From an uncultured archaeon (GTDB lineage Archaea; Asgardarchaeota; Hermodarchaeia; Hermodarchaeales; Hermodarchaeaceae): a stretch of DNA of 64,000 bases. Location of the stretch: contig CAYFXC010000009.1 in assembly GCA_964347045.1 (NCBI GenBank), positions 32,001 to 96,000 of the forward strand, written 5' to 3'. Both the position numbers and the translations under genes were made by a program. Shown here in pieces: positions 18,794-28,679 of the stretch. The first letter of the stretch is position 1; each line of letters starts with the position of its first letter. The notes beneath the pieces are model-generated. The model was not told the DNA's origin. It saw only the letters and a list, made by a program, of their open reading frames with translations, and searched no databases.

Positions 18794-19996
18794 ATGACGA
18801 CAAAACAACTAACAAATTTACCTAATACGCTTAACGACTATGCCAAAATCAGTCGGCTTTGTAGCCTATGCAGTCGAATGTGTCGTCATTCTTGCCCTAC
18901 TCATCTTGTAACCCGTTCTGACGCTTGCAGTCCCGTGGGTCGAGCACTAATTATCGAACTGTACCGTGGGAGGAAACGCGCCCTTACAGAAGCAGCCGTA
19001 GATCGACTTTTCCAATGCAATCTGTGTGGTGCTTGTAAAGCTTGGTGTAAACCCAAGCATGAACTTCCCCATATAATTGAGCTTGCCCGAGAACGTGTTA
19101 TTGAGGAACATCGCGCTCCTAAAGGAACATTGGAACTTGACCAGAATGTCATACAATTCTATAATGTTTATGCTGAACCACATAACAAACGCTTCGCCCA
19201 AATCAAAAATGCTCAAAAAATCGCATCATCCCGCGCAGCTCTCACCTATTTCGTTGGGTGCACTACTGCCTATCGGCATCCCGAGATTGCCAATGCAACT
19301 CAACAAATCCTTTCAAAACTAGGACTCGAGCACAGCCTCTTAGCTGGAACTGAAGGAGAAGTGTGTTGTGGATCTCCTCTCATTCGAGCAGGATTCACTC
19401 GAAGCGCTAAATTGGTGGCAAAGCAAAACGTTGCAGCCATCAAGCGTTCAAACGCCCAGACTGTAATTGCTACCTGTCCAGGATGTACACGAACTCTTAG
19501 AGAAGATTATCCCAAACTTGGTATTGCGCTTCCCAAGAGGATTCAAGTTTATCATATTACTGAGTTTCTTGCAAAGTATAAGAAAAAGCTCGCACCCTTG
19601 CTTACAAGCTTTTCATCGAATAATCAATCAGTATTTGTTTATCATGATCCATGCCATCTTGGCCGTGAACTCGGCGTCTATGATCAACCTCGTCAGTTGC
19701 TTAATCTGATTCCAAATAGTCGGCTGGTGGAAATGTCTCATAAAAGGGAACATTCTGATTGTTGTGGCGGCGGAGGAGCATTACCGAAAACCTTCCCTGA
19801 CCTTGCCGAAGAAATCACCAGACGGCGTCTGGTTGATGTTCAAAGAACTTCTGTCCATTATCTAGTGTCTGCATGTCCCAACTGCAAATTTCATTTCTCT
19901 GAGGCTCAGTCAATGAACGATGATTGGGGAATAGAGGTTCTTGATGTCATGGACTTACTGGCAAAAGCTCTTAAAGTCCAAGTGCCGGAAAGATGA
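18794..19996 (+). CDS. Fe-S oxidoreductase, GlpC/HdrD-like (two CCG domains)
   Basis: CxxCxxxCxxxCP and CxxCxxCxxxC ferredoxin motifs; YFVGC, CCG, TCPGC; YHDPCHLGR, CCGGGG, ACPNC. Confidence 0.9.
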   Translation: MTTKQLTNLPNTLNDYAKISRLCSLCSRMCRHSCPTHLVTRSDACSPVGRALIIELYRGRKRALTEAAVDRLFQCNLCGACKAWCKPKHELPHIIELARERVIEEHRAPKGTLELDQNVIQFYNVYAEPHNKRFAQIKNAQKIASSRAALTYFVGCTTAYRHPEIANATQQILSKLGLEHSLLAGTEGEVCCGSPLIRAGFTRSAKLVAKQNVAAIKRSNAQTVIATCPGCTRTLREDYPKLGIALPKRIQVYHITEFLAKYKKKLAPLLTSFSSNNQSVFVYHDPCHLGRELGVYDQPRQLLNLIPNSRLVEMSHKREHSDCCGGGGALPKTFPDLAEEITRRRLVDVQRTSVHYLVSACPNCKFHFSEAQSMNDDWGIEVLDVMDLLAKALKVQVPER

Positions 19997-20540
19997 ACAC
20001 AAGTGCGATAACGACAAACGCGACAAGGGCTAGTGCATTTCCAATGAGCCAGCCTTTTTCATACTGTTTAGGAACATAGGTGATATTTCCTGGTGGCGCT
20101 ATCATCCCCTTTTCTATATATTCCACAGCCTCCAACGGGTTTTTCATCCAACGATTGAGTACTGATCGAGTGCTTGGAGCGAGGTCAAGAAAGAAGTGAC
20201 AAGCACAGCCCAGTAAAAAGAGAGCAACGAAATATCTGTCAACAAGCGTCCACCAACCAAGGAAGTACACAGGAATGAAGAAGAGTCCTACTATGACCAG
20301 TGGTGCTAGCACACTATGGGTTATGATTGATCGGTGACCAAGAAGAGGTTTCCAGTGAATATCGAAATCAGGAAATAATCCACCCACCCACGCTACTAGG
20401 AAAAACCAGAAGCTAAGGGTCGCAGGTAATATCCATCCAAAGAAGGAAACAATCCATCCAAGGACAATCCAACCTATAACGAAGATTACTGTTGTAAAAA
20501 AAACATGGTCCCAGCCATTCATGGATTCACACCACCACAT
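19971..20540 (-). CDS. Membrane-bound metal-dependent hydrolase (YdjM-like)
   Basis: GWDH, GGLFPDFD, GHRSIITHS, CHFFLD; TM helices. Confidence 0.8.
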   Translation of the reverse strand: MWWCESMNGWDHVFFTTVIFVIGWIVLGWIVSFFGWILPATLSFWFFLVAWVGGLFPDFDIHWKPLLGHRSIITHSVLAPLVIVGLFFIPVYFLGWWTLVDRYFVALFLLGCACHFFLDLAPSTRSVLNRWMKNPLEAVEYIEKGMIAPPGNITYVPKQYEKGWLIGNALALVAFVVIALVFIFPALGL

Positions 20541-20956
20541 TCCGGAAATGAACTTCCCTAAAAATGTTCAATTTCTTGTAAAAATGAACCTCGATTAAAC
20601 AGTCTGCTATTTATCGGCATTCATTAGTTCAGAAATTATTTTTGTAGCACCAAAGTACAAACCATTAAATGCCTTAGCATAAAGGTAGCTAACGTTTTTT
20701 CCTGTTTGTTGAGCTGATATTGTTATCAAAGCGTGAAAGACGTCTTGCCATTCCCCATTCTCTAGAAATGGAATTGATAAATCTGCTTTAAGAACTCGTT
20801 GCTTAGTTTCTTGTAAGAGCATCTGCATGTATTTTTTTCAGCTGAAGCTGAAGTGTCCTAAAAAATGTTCGACCAATCAAAATTGTATTCAAAGAGACTT
20901 AAATTGCCACCATCCCAGTAGATAAGATACACGCAAATTATTCGGGAGGCACTTTC

Positions 20957-21892
20957 ATGGTTAAACAAGGAATACATGTAGAACCAAAAACTGTACAAAT
21001 TGGAGATGTTACTATAGGTGGACGTCGTGGTGAATATCCCACTGTGCTCGTGCTTTCTATATTTCATCGGGGAGATCGTCTAGTTACAAATCCCAAACAT
21101 GGGGAATTTGATATGAAACGTGCAAAGCGCTACCTCACACGGGCGAAGAAACTCACTATGGCGACGGGCACACCCTTCATTTTGGATGTCCTTGCAGAAA
21201 CTCCCGACGCAATGAGTAAATATCTAAAATTTCTAGCGGAAAACGCTGCATCTATTCCATTCTTAATTGATAGTAGTTCTCGAGATGCCCGATTCGCGGG
21301 TATTGAAACTGCTGTGGACACTGGGCAAACACATCTAGCAGTCTTTGATGCAATTGGTCACCACACCACACCGGAAGAACTCAAAGCCCTAAAGGCTGCT
21401 AAAATCAATGCTGCGATAATCCTTGCACACAACCCACTGGATATCCGTCCCCAAGGACGCCTTGAAACGCTTAAGGGCACACCCGATTCTGAAGGGCTCT
21501 TGGCTAAAGCCAAAACGGCTAAGATTTCTAAGATTCTCATTGATACAGTAGCTCTCGACCTTGCTGGACTCAGCATCGCCGCAACTGCAATGCAGTTTGT
21601 GAAAAATGAATTGGGATTTCCTGTGGGAGCTGGTTCAGCAAATAGTGTTGCGCTTTGGCGTCACGCATCTGATATCTCACCAGCTGCAAAACGATATCTT
21701 GCTCCAGCATTATGCACCTACTTACAATGCCATGGCGCCGATTTCATACTGGCAGGGCCTCTTCGTAGGGCTCCACGATTCTTTACGGCTGTCTCAACTA
21801 CTGATGCACTCTTAGCTTATACTTCCCCTGATGGCGCCTACCCTGCTCCAACTCCAAAATTACGAACTCATCCTCGTTACAAAGTCTTATAG
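20957..21892 (+). CDS. mtrH: MtrH-family pterin-binding methyltransferase (stand-alone)
   Basis: IGDVTIGGRRGEYPTVL..SIF...GEFD N-terminus, PFLIDS, ILIDT, GFPVG, GADFIL.GP. Confidence 0.8.
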   Translation: MVKQGIHVEPKTVQIGDVTIGGRRGEYPTVLVLSIFHRGDRLVTNPKHGEFDMKRAKRYLTRAKKLTMATGTPFILDVLAETPDAMSKYLKFLAENAASIPFLIDSSSRDARFAGIETAVDTGQTHLAVFDAIGHHTTPEELKALKAAKINAAIILAHNPLDIRPQGRLETLKGTPDSEGLLAKAKTAKISKILIDTVALDLAGLSIAATAMQFVKNELGFPVGAGSANSVALWRHASDISPAAKRYLAPALCTYLQCHGADFILAGPLRRAPRFFTAVSTTDALLAYTSPDGAYPAPTPKLRTHPRYKVL

Positions 21893-21903
21893 TGATGAAC
21901 AAC

Positions 21904-22158
21904 TCACTTCGTTCTTTTCGAATATTCCGCTAGACTCTTTTGATGTCCTTTTTTCTTTCTCGTTTGCACATCGAGATCGGTTTCCTTTTCTTTATAATCA
22001 GAAATCAGAACTTGTCGCTCTCTGACCAATCGGGGTCGATGACAGCACATCTGCATACCAGTTGGCAAAATCAGTTTTGAGGTAAGCTTACCATGAACAC
22101 GAATTTTTTCACTACAATTCTTACATCTATAAATCGTGTAGTACTTGAATCGCGTCAC
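21904..22158 (-). CDS. Small putative zinc-binding protein with C-terminal PIP-like motif
   Basis: YRCKNC...MCCHRP; ends QKSLAEY; GTG start. Confidence 0.6.
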   Translation of the reverse strand: MTRFKYYTIYRCKNCSEKIRVHGKLTSKLILPTGMQMCCHRPRLVRERQVLISDYKEKETDLDVQTRKKKGHQKSLAEYSKRTK

Positions 22159-22324
22159 AATAAACCCATCTTATAGCATCTGATATTACTAGCCTCTATT
22201 TGGGGAACTCGGGCTTTCTTAAACTGTTGGGTTAGCTGCATAAGTGTCAACATTGATTTGCATAAGCTTTTAACCTTCGACATGTTCCGGTGATTTAGCA
22301 GCAAAGGTAGTAAGTGTATCCATT

Positions 22325-23572
22325 ATGAATGAAAATCTTGGTAATGGTCTCATCCTCCGAACTGGCACCGAATTTGATGTTAATGCCATCAAAGCCCACG
22401 TCAAAGCGGTTCATGGCAAGAATGTAACATCCATGATTGATCGACTGTTTAAGCTACACCCGAATTTCCCTCCTTCTGATAATTTCATTATCGAAGACAC
22501 AAAAACAAGTAAAGTGGTTGCTTACTACTGCCTGAAACTCAATGTGGGTGTACTCGATGGTATACAACTTCCAGTAGGACAAATGGAAATCGTTGGAACA
22601 CTGGAAGATTACAGGAACCGAGGTCTGATACGCAAACTGAATGAAGCTTTCGAACAACGTGTTGAAGAATATAAGTTACCCATGATTATCATCGCGGGAA
22701 TTCCCTATTATTATCGGAAACTAGGCTATGAATACGCCATAAAAATGGGCGGTTCTCTCACCTTTCCGCTAGAACAAATACCTAAGCTGAAAAAAAGCGA
22801 AAAAGAACCGATTTCTATAGAAGAGGTCACCGAAAACACCTTCCATGAGTATCTTCAAGCTCGTGAAAAACGCAATGCCTATCTTGATTTCTATCGGCTC
22901 ATATCTGAAAGTGAGTTTAGTTATCTCTCAAGCGGAAAGCTAAGCGAAGAGGCGGTCTACAAATTCCATATCGTCCGTCAAAATCAGAAGGTTGTGGGTA
23001 TTTTCATTCTTGCAATAGATTGGGGAGCTCTCGAAATTAGTGAATTATGGGTCGAAGATATTAATCACTTAATATCTATACTCCGTTTTTTGAAGAAAAT
23101 TGCTAAACGAAAGCAACTGCCTCTTCGAATTTATCCTCCATCACGACCGGCCATTGCCCAAACTCTTGAAGCGCTCAGTCGATCAAAATTTGGTCGCCCT
23201 TATGCATGGTATGTGAAGATTCCTTCTATCAAACGTTTTCTAAACATCATCAAATCTGTTATCGAACAGCGTTTGGCACAATCCGAATTTAAGCATTTGA
23301 CAGATTCGATACGTATTAGTTGGTATCAGGAAGGCATTGAACTGGTTTTTAAGAAAGGAAAACTTATGGCGATAAACGAGATACCTCGTGATGAAGTAAA
23401 AGACATGCACGTCGCATTACCCTTTCCGACTATTTACCAGCTTCTCCTAGGTCATCGTTCCATCGACGAACTTCATCAAATATACCCCGATGCTGGTGGG
23501 CGCCCCACAAAAACACCTATCATTCGAGTAATCTTTCCCAAAATACGTGCCCTCTTTACTCCCGAATTTTGA
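22325..23572 (+). CDS. GNAT acetyltransferase, Eis-like
   Basis: VGTLEDYRNRGLIRKL acetyl-CoA motif, GIPYYYRKLGYE, SCP2-like C-terminus (QLLLGHRS). Confidence 0.85.
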   Translation: MNENLGNGLILRTGTEFDVNAIKAHVKAVHGKNVTSMIDRLFKLHPNFPPSDNFIIEDTKTSKVVAYYCLKLNVGVLDGIQLPVGQMEIVGTLEDYRNRGLIRKLNEAFEQRVEEYKLPMIIIAGIPYYYRKLGYEYAIKMGGSLTFPLEQIPKLKKSEKEPISIEEVTENTFHEYLQAREKRNAYLDFYRLISESEFSYLSSGKLSEEAVYKFHIVRQNQKVVGIFILAIDWGALEISELWVEDINHLISILRFLKKIAKRKQLPLRIYPPSRPAIAQTLEALSRSKFGRPYAWYVKIPSIKRFLNIIKSVIEQRLAQSEFKHLTDSIRISWYQEGIELVFKKGKLMAINEIPRDEVKDMHVALPFPTIYQLLLGHRSIDELHQIYPDAGGRPTKTPIIRVIFPKIRALFTPEF

Positions 23573-23588
23573 CCACCACTCTTTCGTT

Positions 23589-26228
23589 TCAAATCAACGG
23601 TTCTTCCGAAAGCTCAGGGCTTGTCTCAGTGATCACTTTTTTACCATTCAAAATGAGCTGGGCTGCCTCCATTGCCCCATCTTTAAAAAGCGGGTAGTTG
23701 TTGTTGCCACATTGATACGAAAAAGTACAAGCCGGACAGCCTTCAAGAGCATCACAGGCACATTCTTTGATAATGAGGGTCACTCGCCGCATTGCTTCTT
23801 CTAAACGATCAAAGAGCAACTTGGCCAGACCACTTCCACCAGGGCTTCCGTCATATATGAAAATGAGCCCTGATGACCCCATTGAAACACCACCAATGGC
23901 TTTCCGCCCTCCCCCTGTTAACATATCACTACTTTCAATGAGGGTATGCTCAAGTGCATGAAATCCCCCAATAATAAGTTCTTCTTCAGCAATCACTTCA
24001 TCGTCACTAGATGGGACATTTGGCTTGGTATGTGTTTTGATTTTTTTCACAGCTTTAATTGGATGTGGTGCTGTAAAAAAGAAGCCTTTCGTGGGATATG
24101 TAAATTGTAAGGGTTGGTCTAGTTCCTTAGTTTTTACAAGTTTGTCAGTATAGATGTCTTTGATGGCATATCCGGTGATGACCTCTGTCATTCGTAGATC
24201 TGCATAGTGCACTGTCATTCCAAAAACTTGACGTGAATCAAGTACCCGTATAATTTCTGGGTTTACATGGCGTATGGGTTGAGTCATTTCACGATGACCA
24301 CGTGAAAGCTTTCTCATAACCGCTCTGCCAACCCCATGTCGATATTCAAATTCCAACGACTCATATGTGGATCCAGCATGCAGATAATAAGCACCGGGGT
24401 GTAATTCTCCCATGGCTACAGGCATCTGCCGTTCACCGATTATTTCTCCTTCATGGATAATTTTCACATTATCACCAATACCTCGAATCGAATACCGAGT
24501 AAGAATACGACGTGCTTCAATGATATTTGGTCTCAATCTCTTCTTCGATTCAGTCAGTAACCCCTCTCTTTGAAGTTCTTGTAAAATGGACTTAAATTCT
24601 CCGAATTCATCTTCAGTAATTGGCGAATCGAGGGCAGCCGCTATTAGTTGATGATAGGCGACCAACTCATTATGTGGTTCTACATATGCAGGGTCAATAT
24701 CAGTGAAATAATCATCTGGGTGTTCCCGATAATATGTACTGATTGCATCGTTTTGACGCAGTGCTAGTACAGCAATACTTTCTTGTCCTTTTCTTCCAGC
24801 CCGTCCAATGCGTTGTGTTAAGCGTGTAATGCCCACGAGCATCGATACCACACTCTCAAGATCCCCGATATCGATCCCCAATTCCAAGGTGGGAGTAGAG
24901 ACTAATAGGTCTAGTTCTCCACACCGGAAATCATCTTCAACCTTCCGACGATAAGTCATCGGAAGTCCTGCACGATGAACTGCGCTCTTCAATTGAGTTC
25001 GTCGTGCAATGAGATTAATCACTTCTGCATTCTTGTGGGTATTAGCAAATACAAGCGTCTTCAAATCATGACGGACCAATTCCCGTGCCACACCTGCAAT
25101 CATCGTGCTCTGGCTTACATGCTCGGGATACAGCATCAGAAAATGAATTATTCCTTTTTTTCCCGTTTCACAATGGATTGATTCTACTGATCGACCAAAC
25201 AACAACTCTGCAAATTCTTTGGCATTAGCTACAGTTGCAGATGCACCTATAAGTTGAAGTGGCGGGCAAATACGTTCTAAGCGACGTAGAAGAAAATGTA
25301 CATTCGAACCAAAGGCGCCCACATAAACATGCAACTCATCTAAAACAACATGCTGTGCTGTTCGCACTAGCCGTCGAATTGGGTCCCTTGGGCGAATTAG
25401 ATGGATATGAAGCATATCTGGGTTCGTAATCAGAATATCAGGTGGTTGACGAAAAATTGTAGTCCGTTCGGATTTTGGGGTGTCTCCATCAAGTACTGCA
25501 ACATCCAATCCAACACTAGCTGCTAATACAGCTAGTTTCCCCGCTTGATCACGGGCTAATGCTTTCGTAGGATAGATGAAAATGGCTTGGACAGTGCGTT
25601 TTTCTGCAGCGCGAAGGGGTCCCCAACCAATCTGGCGCTCTAGTATTTGTTGGATTATTGGCAGAGCAAAGGCTTCTGTCTTCCCTGTTGCTGTGGGTGC
25701 AGAAACCACTACATCACGCCCTTCAAGAACATATTTTATCGCTTCTTCTTGAAACTTAAATAGTTGGGTGAGCCCTTGGCGCTTAAGGACGGACTTTAGT
25801 TCATCGTCTAATGGAGCCTTATCAATGGCATAGCCTGGTTCTGGAATGGTTTCTGAGAATCGTCGATATTTTACTAGTCGGTATGCTGAATCCGAAATTA
25901 TTCGTTGAACAATGTCAGGTAATGTTTCGAAAGAGGTGACGCCTGCCTGCCCTAATTGCGTTTCCCATTCTTCTTTCGATCCTAGTGGTATTCGCTTTTC
26001 ATGTGCTCCACTTCGTGTTTGAGGCTTTCCCTTTCTTGTGGCTTGCTGAGCGGGTTCTCCTTCTTCCATTATATCCATAAATTGAAAATATGCCGCTACT
26101 TGATCGTTCACTTCCCCCGGAATTGTCTGGTGACTGGCGCCGCAGTGTGTACACTGGATCTTGAAATGCTTCCCTAGCCGTCGAACCTCGACATATCCTG
26201 AGCATCGCGGGCAAATCCGGTGTGACAT
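23589..26228 (-). CDS. DEAH helicase with DUF1998 (Hrq1/MrfA/SftH family) and N-terminal Zn ribbon
   Basis: APTATGKT, YPTKAL..DQ, TNPDMLH, DELH, SAT, TPTLELGIDIG, QRIGRAGR, HALEH, IYDG..GG.G, CACDALEGCPAC; N-terminal CPRC..CTHC. Confidence 0.92.
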   Translation of the reverse strand: MSHRICPRCSGYVEVRRLGKHFKIQCTHCGASHQTIPGEVNDQVAAYFQFMDIMEEGEPAQQATRKGKPQTRSGAHEKRIPLGSKEEWETQLGQAGVTSFETLPDIVQRIISDSAYRLVKYRRFSETIPEPGYAIDKAPLDDELKSVLKRQGLTQLFKFQEEAIKYVLEGRDVVVSAPTATGKTEAFALPIIQQILERQIGWGPLRAAEKRTVQAIFIYPTKALARDQAGKLAVLAASVGLDVAVLDGDTPKSERTTIFRQPPDILITNPDMLHIHLIRPRDPIRRLVRTAQHVVLDELHVYVGAFGSNVHFLLRRLERICPPLQLIGASATVANAKEFAELLFGRSVESIHCETGKKGIIHFLMLYPEHVSQSTMIAGVARELVRHDLKTLVFANTHKNAEVINLIARRTQLKSAVHRAGLPMTYRRKVEDDFRCGELDLLVSTPTLELGIDIGDLESVVSMLVGITRLTQRIGRAGRKGQESIAVLALRQNDAISTYYREHPDDYFTDIDPAYVEPHNELVAYHQLIAAALDSPITEDEFGEFKSILQELQREGLLTESKKRLRPNIIEARRILTRYSIRGIGDNVKIIHEGEIIGERQMPVAMGELHPGAYYLHAGSTYESLEFEYRHGVGRAVMRKLSRGHREMTQPIRHVNPEIIRVLDSRQVFGMTVHYADLRMTEVITGYAIKDIYTDKLVKTKELDQPLQFTYPTKGFFFTAPHPIKAVKKIKTHTKPNVPSSDDEVIAEEELIIGGFHALEHTLIESSDMLTGGGRKAIGGVSMGSSGLIFIYDGSPGGSGLAKLLFDRLEEAMRRVTLIIKECACDALEGCPACTFSYQCGNNNYPLFKDGAMEAAQLILNGKKVITETSPELSEEPLI

Positions 26229-26344
26229 TGTTCGCTACCACCAGCGAATTCTCTATTCTGGGATTTAAAGCCTTCAGGAGAGCCTATGATAAATATAAAG
26301 AAATAACCAATAGTCAATAGTTCAGTGAAAGATAGAAACAGAAA

Positions 26345-26824
26345 TCAATCAAGATAATTTTCGATGAGGTAAAGGAGTTCTTCTTCCAACGTTGGAAGAA
26401 TTTGAGGATTCTCAACGATTCGTGCAACTTCTGTACCATCCGGAGTATACAGAAGAATGGTTGGAATCGCAATTATGTTGAGAGAGTCTACTTCTGGAGG
26501 ACTAGGCGGGACAGCCCAACGCCTATTCGAATTTAGAGGATCGGATTTGACTCCACCAAGGACATAGATACGCATTCCTGTTGCTTCGGAGATGATATCT
26601 AACACTGGGATATTGACTATACAATCCTTACACCAATCTGCCCCAATCGCGACCACAATAAATTGATCTGCACTTCTTTTGATGGCTTCAAGAATATCGT
26701 GTTTGGGAGTGTATTCTGTACGTCTTGCTTCGTATTTAGAGCGAAAGTCTTTCGAACTAGTCTGCATGTACTCATCAATCGGTTTTGCACGTTCCAGCAT
26801 TTCTGCAAATTGCTGAGTGTTCAT
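26345..26824 (-). CDS. Thioredoxin-family protein
   Basis: ADWCKDC active site, cis-Pro loop AIPT. Confidence 0.85.
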   Translation of the reverse strand: MNTQQFAEMLERAKPIDEYMQTSSKDFRSKYEARRTEYTPKHDILEAIKRSADQFIVVAIGADWCKDCIVNIPVLDIISEATGMRIYVLGGVKSDPLNSNRRWAVPPSPPEVDSLNIIAIPTILLYTPDGTEVARIVENPQILPTLEEELLYLIENYLD

Positions 26825-26857
26825 CTGTCACTCATCCACTAAAGGTCCAATCGGTAG

Positions 26858-27613
26858 TTATAACGTGATAATCTGAGTATCGCGGGGAACAATGATTTTG
26901 CCTGAGAATGAAGCTCGAATGCTCCGGAGAGCGTCACCCAGCTCTTCATCAAGTTCGGGGTACAAGTGCATGATAACTAATGTTTTTACTTCTGCCTCAG
27001 TTGCTAATCTTCCAAGGTCACTTGGAGTTGTATGAGTGGTTGCTATTTCTTTCAAACGATCGGGAAAAGAACACTCATGAATTAGCAAATCGGCTCCTTT
27101 CGCCGCTTTGACAACTTCTTTGGATGGGGCAGTATCTCCGGAATAAACAACGCGTTTACCCTCGGCTTCAATGTGAAATCCGTATGCTTCAAAATCACCA
27201 TGATCTACTGGGAAGGTTAAAACGTTCCAGTTCTTCGTTTTCACTTGAAAACCAGGCTCTAGTTGATGATATTTGAACTTTATCTTATCTGATAGATACG
27301 GAAAAACTTCGTTAGTTACTTCAATTATTTTTTGCATGATTGAAGGAGCATAGATGTTCAAAGTCTTATCATAACCGGAAAGCCAGAGGCTCTGGATGAG
27401 GGGAAAGATATCTGAAACGTGATCGACATGTAAATGACTTATGAAGATGTGTTCAATTTTAGTAATTTCCTGTAAGCTACAAGAAAGACGGTGAAGCACA
27501 CCAGATCCTATGTCAAAAATAAGGGGTTCTCCAGCAATTTCCACCATTAATCCAGATGACACACGGTCAGGAGAAAGCAGCGAAGCCCCGCTGCCTAGAA
27601 TCGTTACTTCCAT
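26858..27613 (-). CDS. MBL-fold hydrolase, RNase Z/ElaC-like
   Basis: ILGSGA, FDIGSG, SHLHVDH, YSGDT, LIHEC, HTT, MHL; ATG at 27613. Confidence 0.85.
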   Translation of the reverse strand: MEVTILGSGASLLSPDRVSSGLMVEIAGEPLIFDIGSGVLHRLSCSLQEITKIEHIFISHLHVDHVSDIFPLIQSLWLSGYDKTLNIYAPSIMQKIIEVTNEVFPYLSDKIKFKYHQLEPGFQVKTKNWNVLTFPVDHGDFEAYGFHIEAEGKRVVYSGDTAPSKEVVKAAKGADLLIHECSFPDRLKEIATTHTTPSDLGRLATEAEVKTLVIMHLYPELDEELGDALRSIRASFSGKIIVPRDTQIITL

Positions 27614-27768
27614 TGGACTCGACCCCACACAGCTTGAAGTACTCACCCTTTTATCAACTTTGCCCAAAAGTAAAAAATTACCAATCTATTGAGATTAACT
27701 ACGCAAAGTTGAAATAGCCTCGACTCGGATTAACAAAGGTAAGCGGAAGCTACCCTCAGGGGATCCGG

Positions 27769-28617
27769 ATGATACACTACGTCTATATCATCGACGCACG
27801 CGATGAAATTGTAGTCCAGAAAAAATTCTGGATTATCAATGTTAATGTCAAGGAAATGCAAGATTTTGCCAGCCGTGTAAAGGAAGCACAAGACACCATC
27901 ATTGAAGAAATCGGCCCAATCAAATATATCGGCAAACCTCTGGGACGAGGAATTGTCGTTCTCTGTGCTGAAGGTGTCGACGATGACGATACTCTTCGGG
28001 AAAAACTTGATCGCGTCCATTATGAATTCCGTCGTGTTATCAGTTATGAAGTTGAATACGAAGCCTTTATGGACAAAGTTGATGACTACGTCACAACAAC
28101 TCTTAAAGTCAGTATTATCGGTTATGGGGGTGTTGGGAAAACAACCCTTGTTACTCTTCTCAATGGCGGAGTCCCTCCAACAAGCTATGTTCCAACAATA
28201 GCTATTGACATTCAAAAAATCGAAGGTGCCCGTATCGGAACCTATGAAGTGAGTACTTGGGACTTTGCTGGGCAAGACCGATTCCGGAAACTTTGGGAAC
28301 TCTATTTTCGTGGTAGCCGAATTATCCTTCTAGTTACGGATTCAACATTAGAAAACGTGCTAAATAGCAAAGACATTATAGACTTGATTCGGCGAAAGGA
28401 TATCGCTGCTCAGTTACTTGCGATTGCGAATAAACAAGACCTTCCTGGCGCGTTATCTCCTCAACTAGTGCAGCGAATTTTAGGTATCAAAGCCTATGGC
28501 ATGGTTGCCATTGATCCAAATAACCGCCAGAAGGCATTGGATATTATCAAGGAAGCTTTGAAGCTAGCTGCTCCTAGAGAACCGGTTGCACCGAAACCTG
28601 AAATGGTTTTTGAGTAA
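27769..28617 (+). CDS. Longin-like domain fused to an Arf/Rab-type small GTPase
   Basis: N-terminal MIHYVYIIDARDEIVVQKKF (longin-like beta start); GYGGVGKTT, YVPTI, WDFAGQDRFRKLWELYFRGS, ANKQDLPGAL. Confidence 0.85.
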   Translation: MIHYVYIIDARDEIVVQKKFWIINVNVKEMQDFASRVKEAQDTIIEEIGPIKYIGKPLGRGIVVLCAEGVDDDDTLREKLDRVHYEFRRVISYEVEYEAFMDKVDDYVTTTLKVSIIGYGGVGKTTLVTLLNGGVPPTSYVPTIAIDIQKIEGARIGTYEVSTWDFAGQDRFRKLWELYFRGSRIILLVTDSTLENVLNSKDIIDLIRRKDIAAQLLAIANKQDLPGALSPQLVQRILGIKAYGMVAIDPNNRQKALDIIKEALKLAAPREPVAPKPEMVFE

Positions 28618-28679
28618 ATTCTTTCTCAAGCCTCCTATTCATAGGATGATAAACATTTTCTCAAGCTCAAGTTTTTCTT

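Noticed and set aside
23589-26228. DISARM/Druantia-type defence system from the DUF1998 helicase
   Set aside because: No methylase, PLD nuclease or other defence partners nearby; fits housekeeping Hrq1/MrfA
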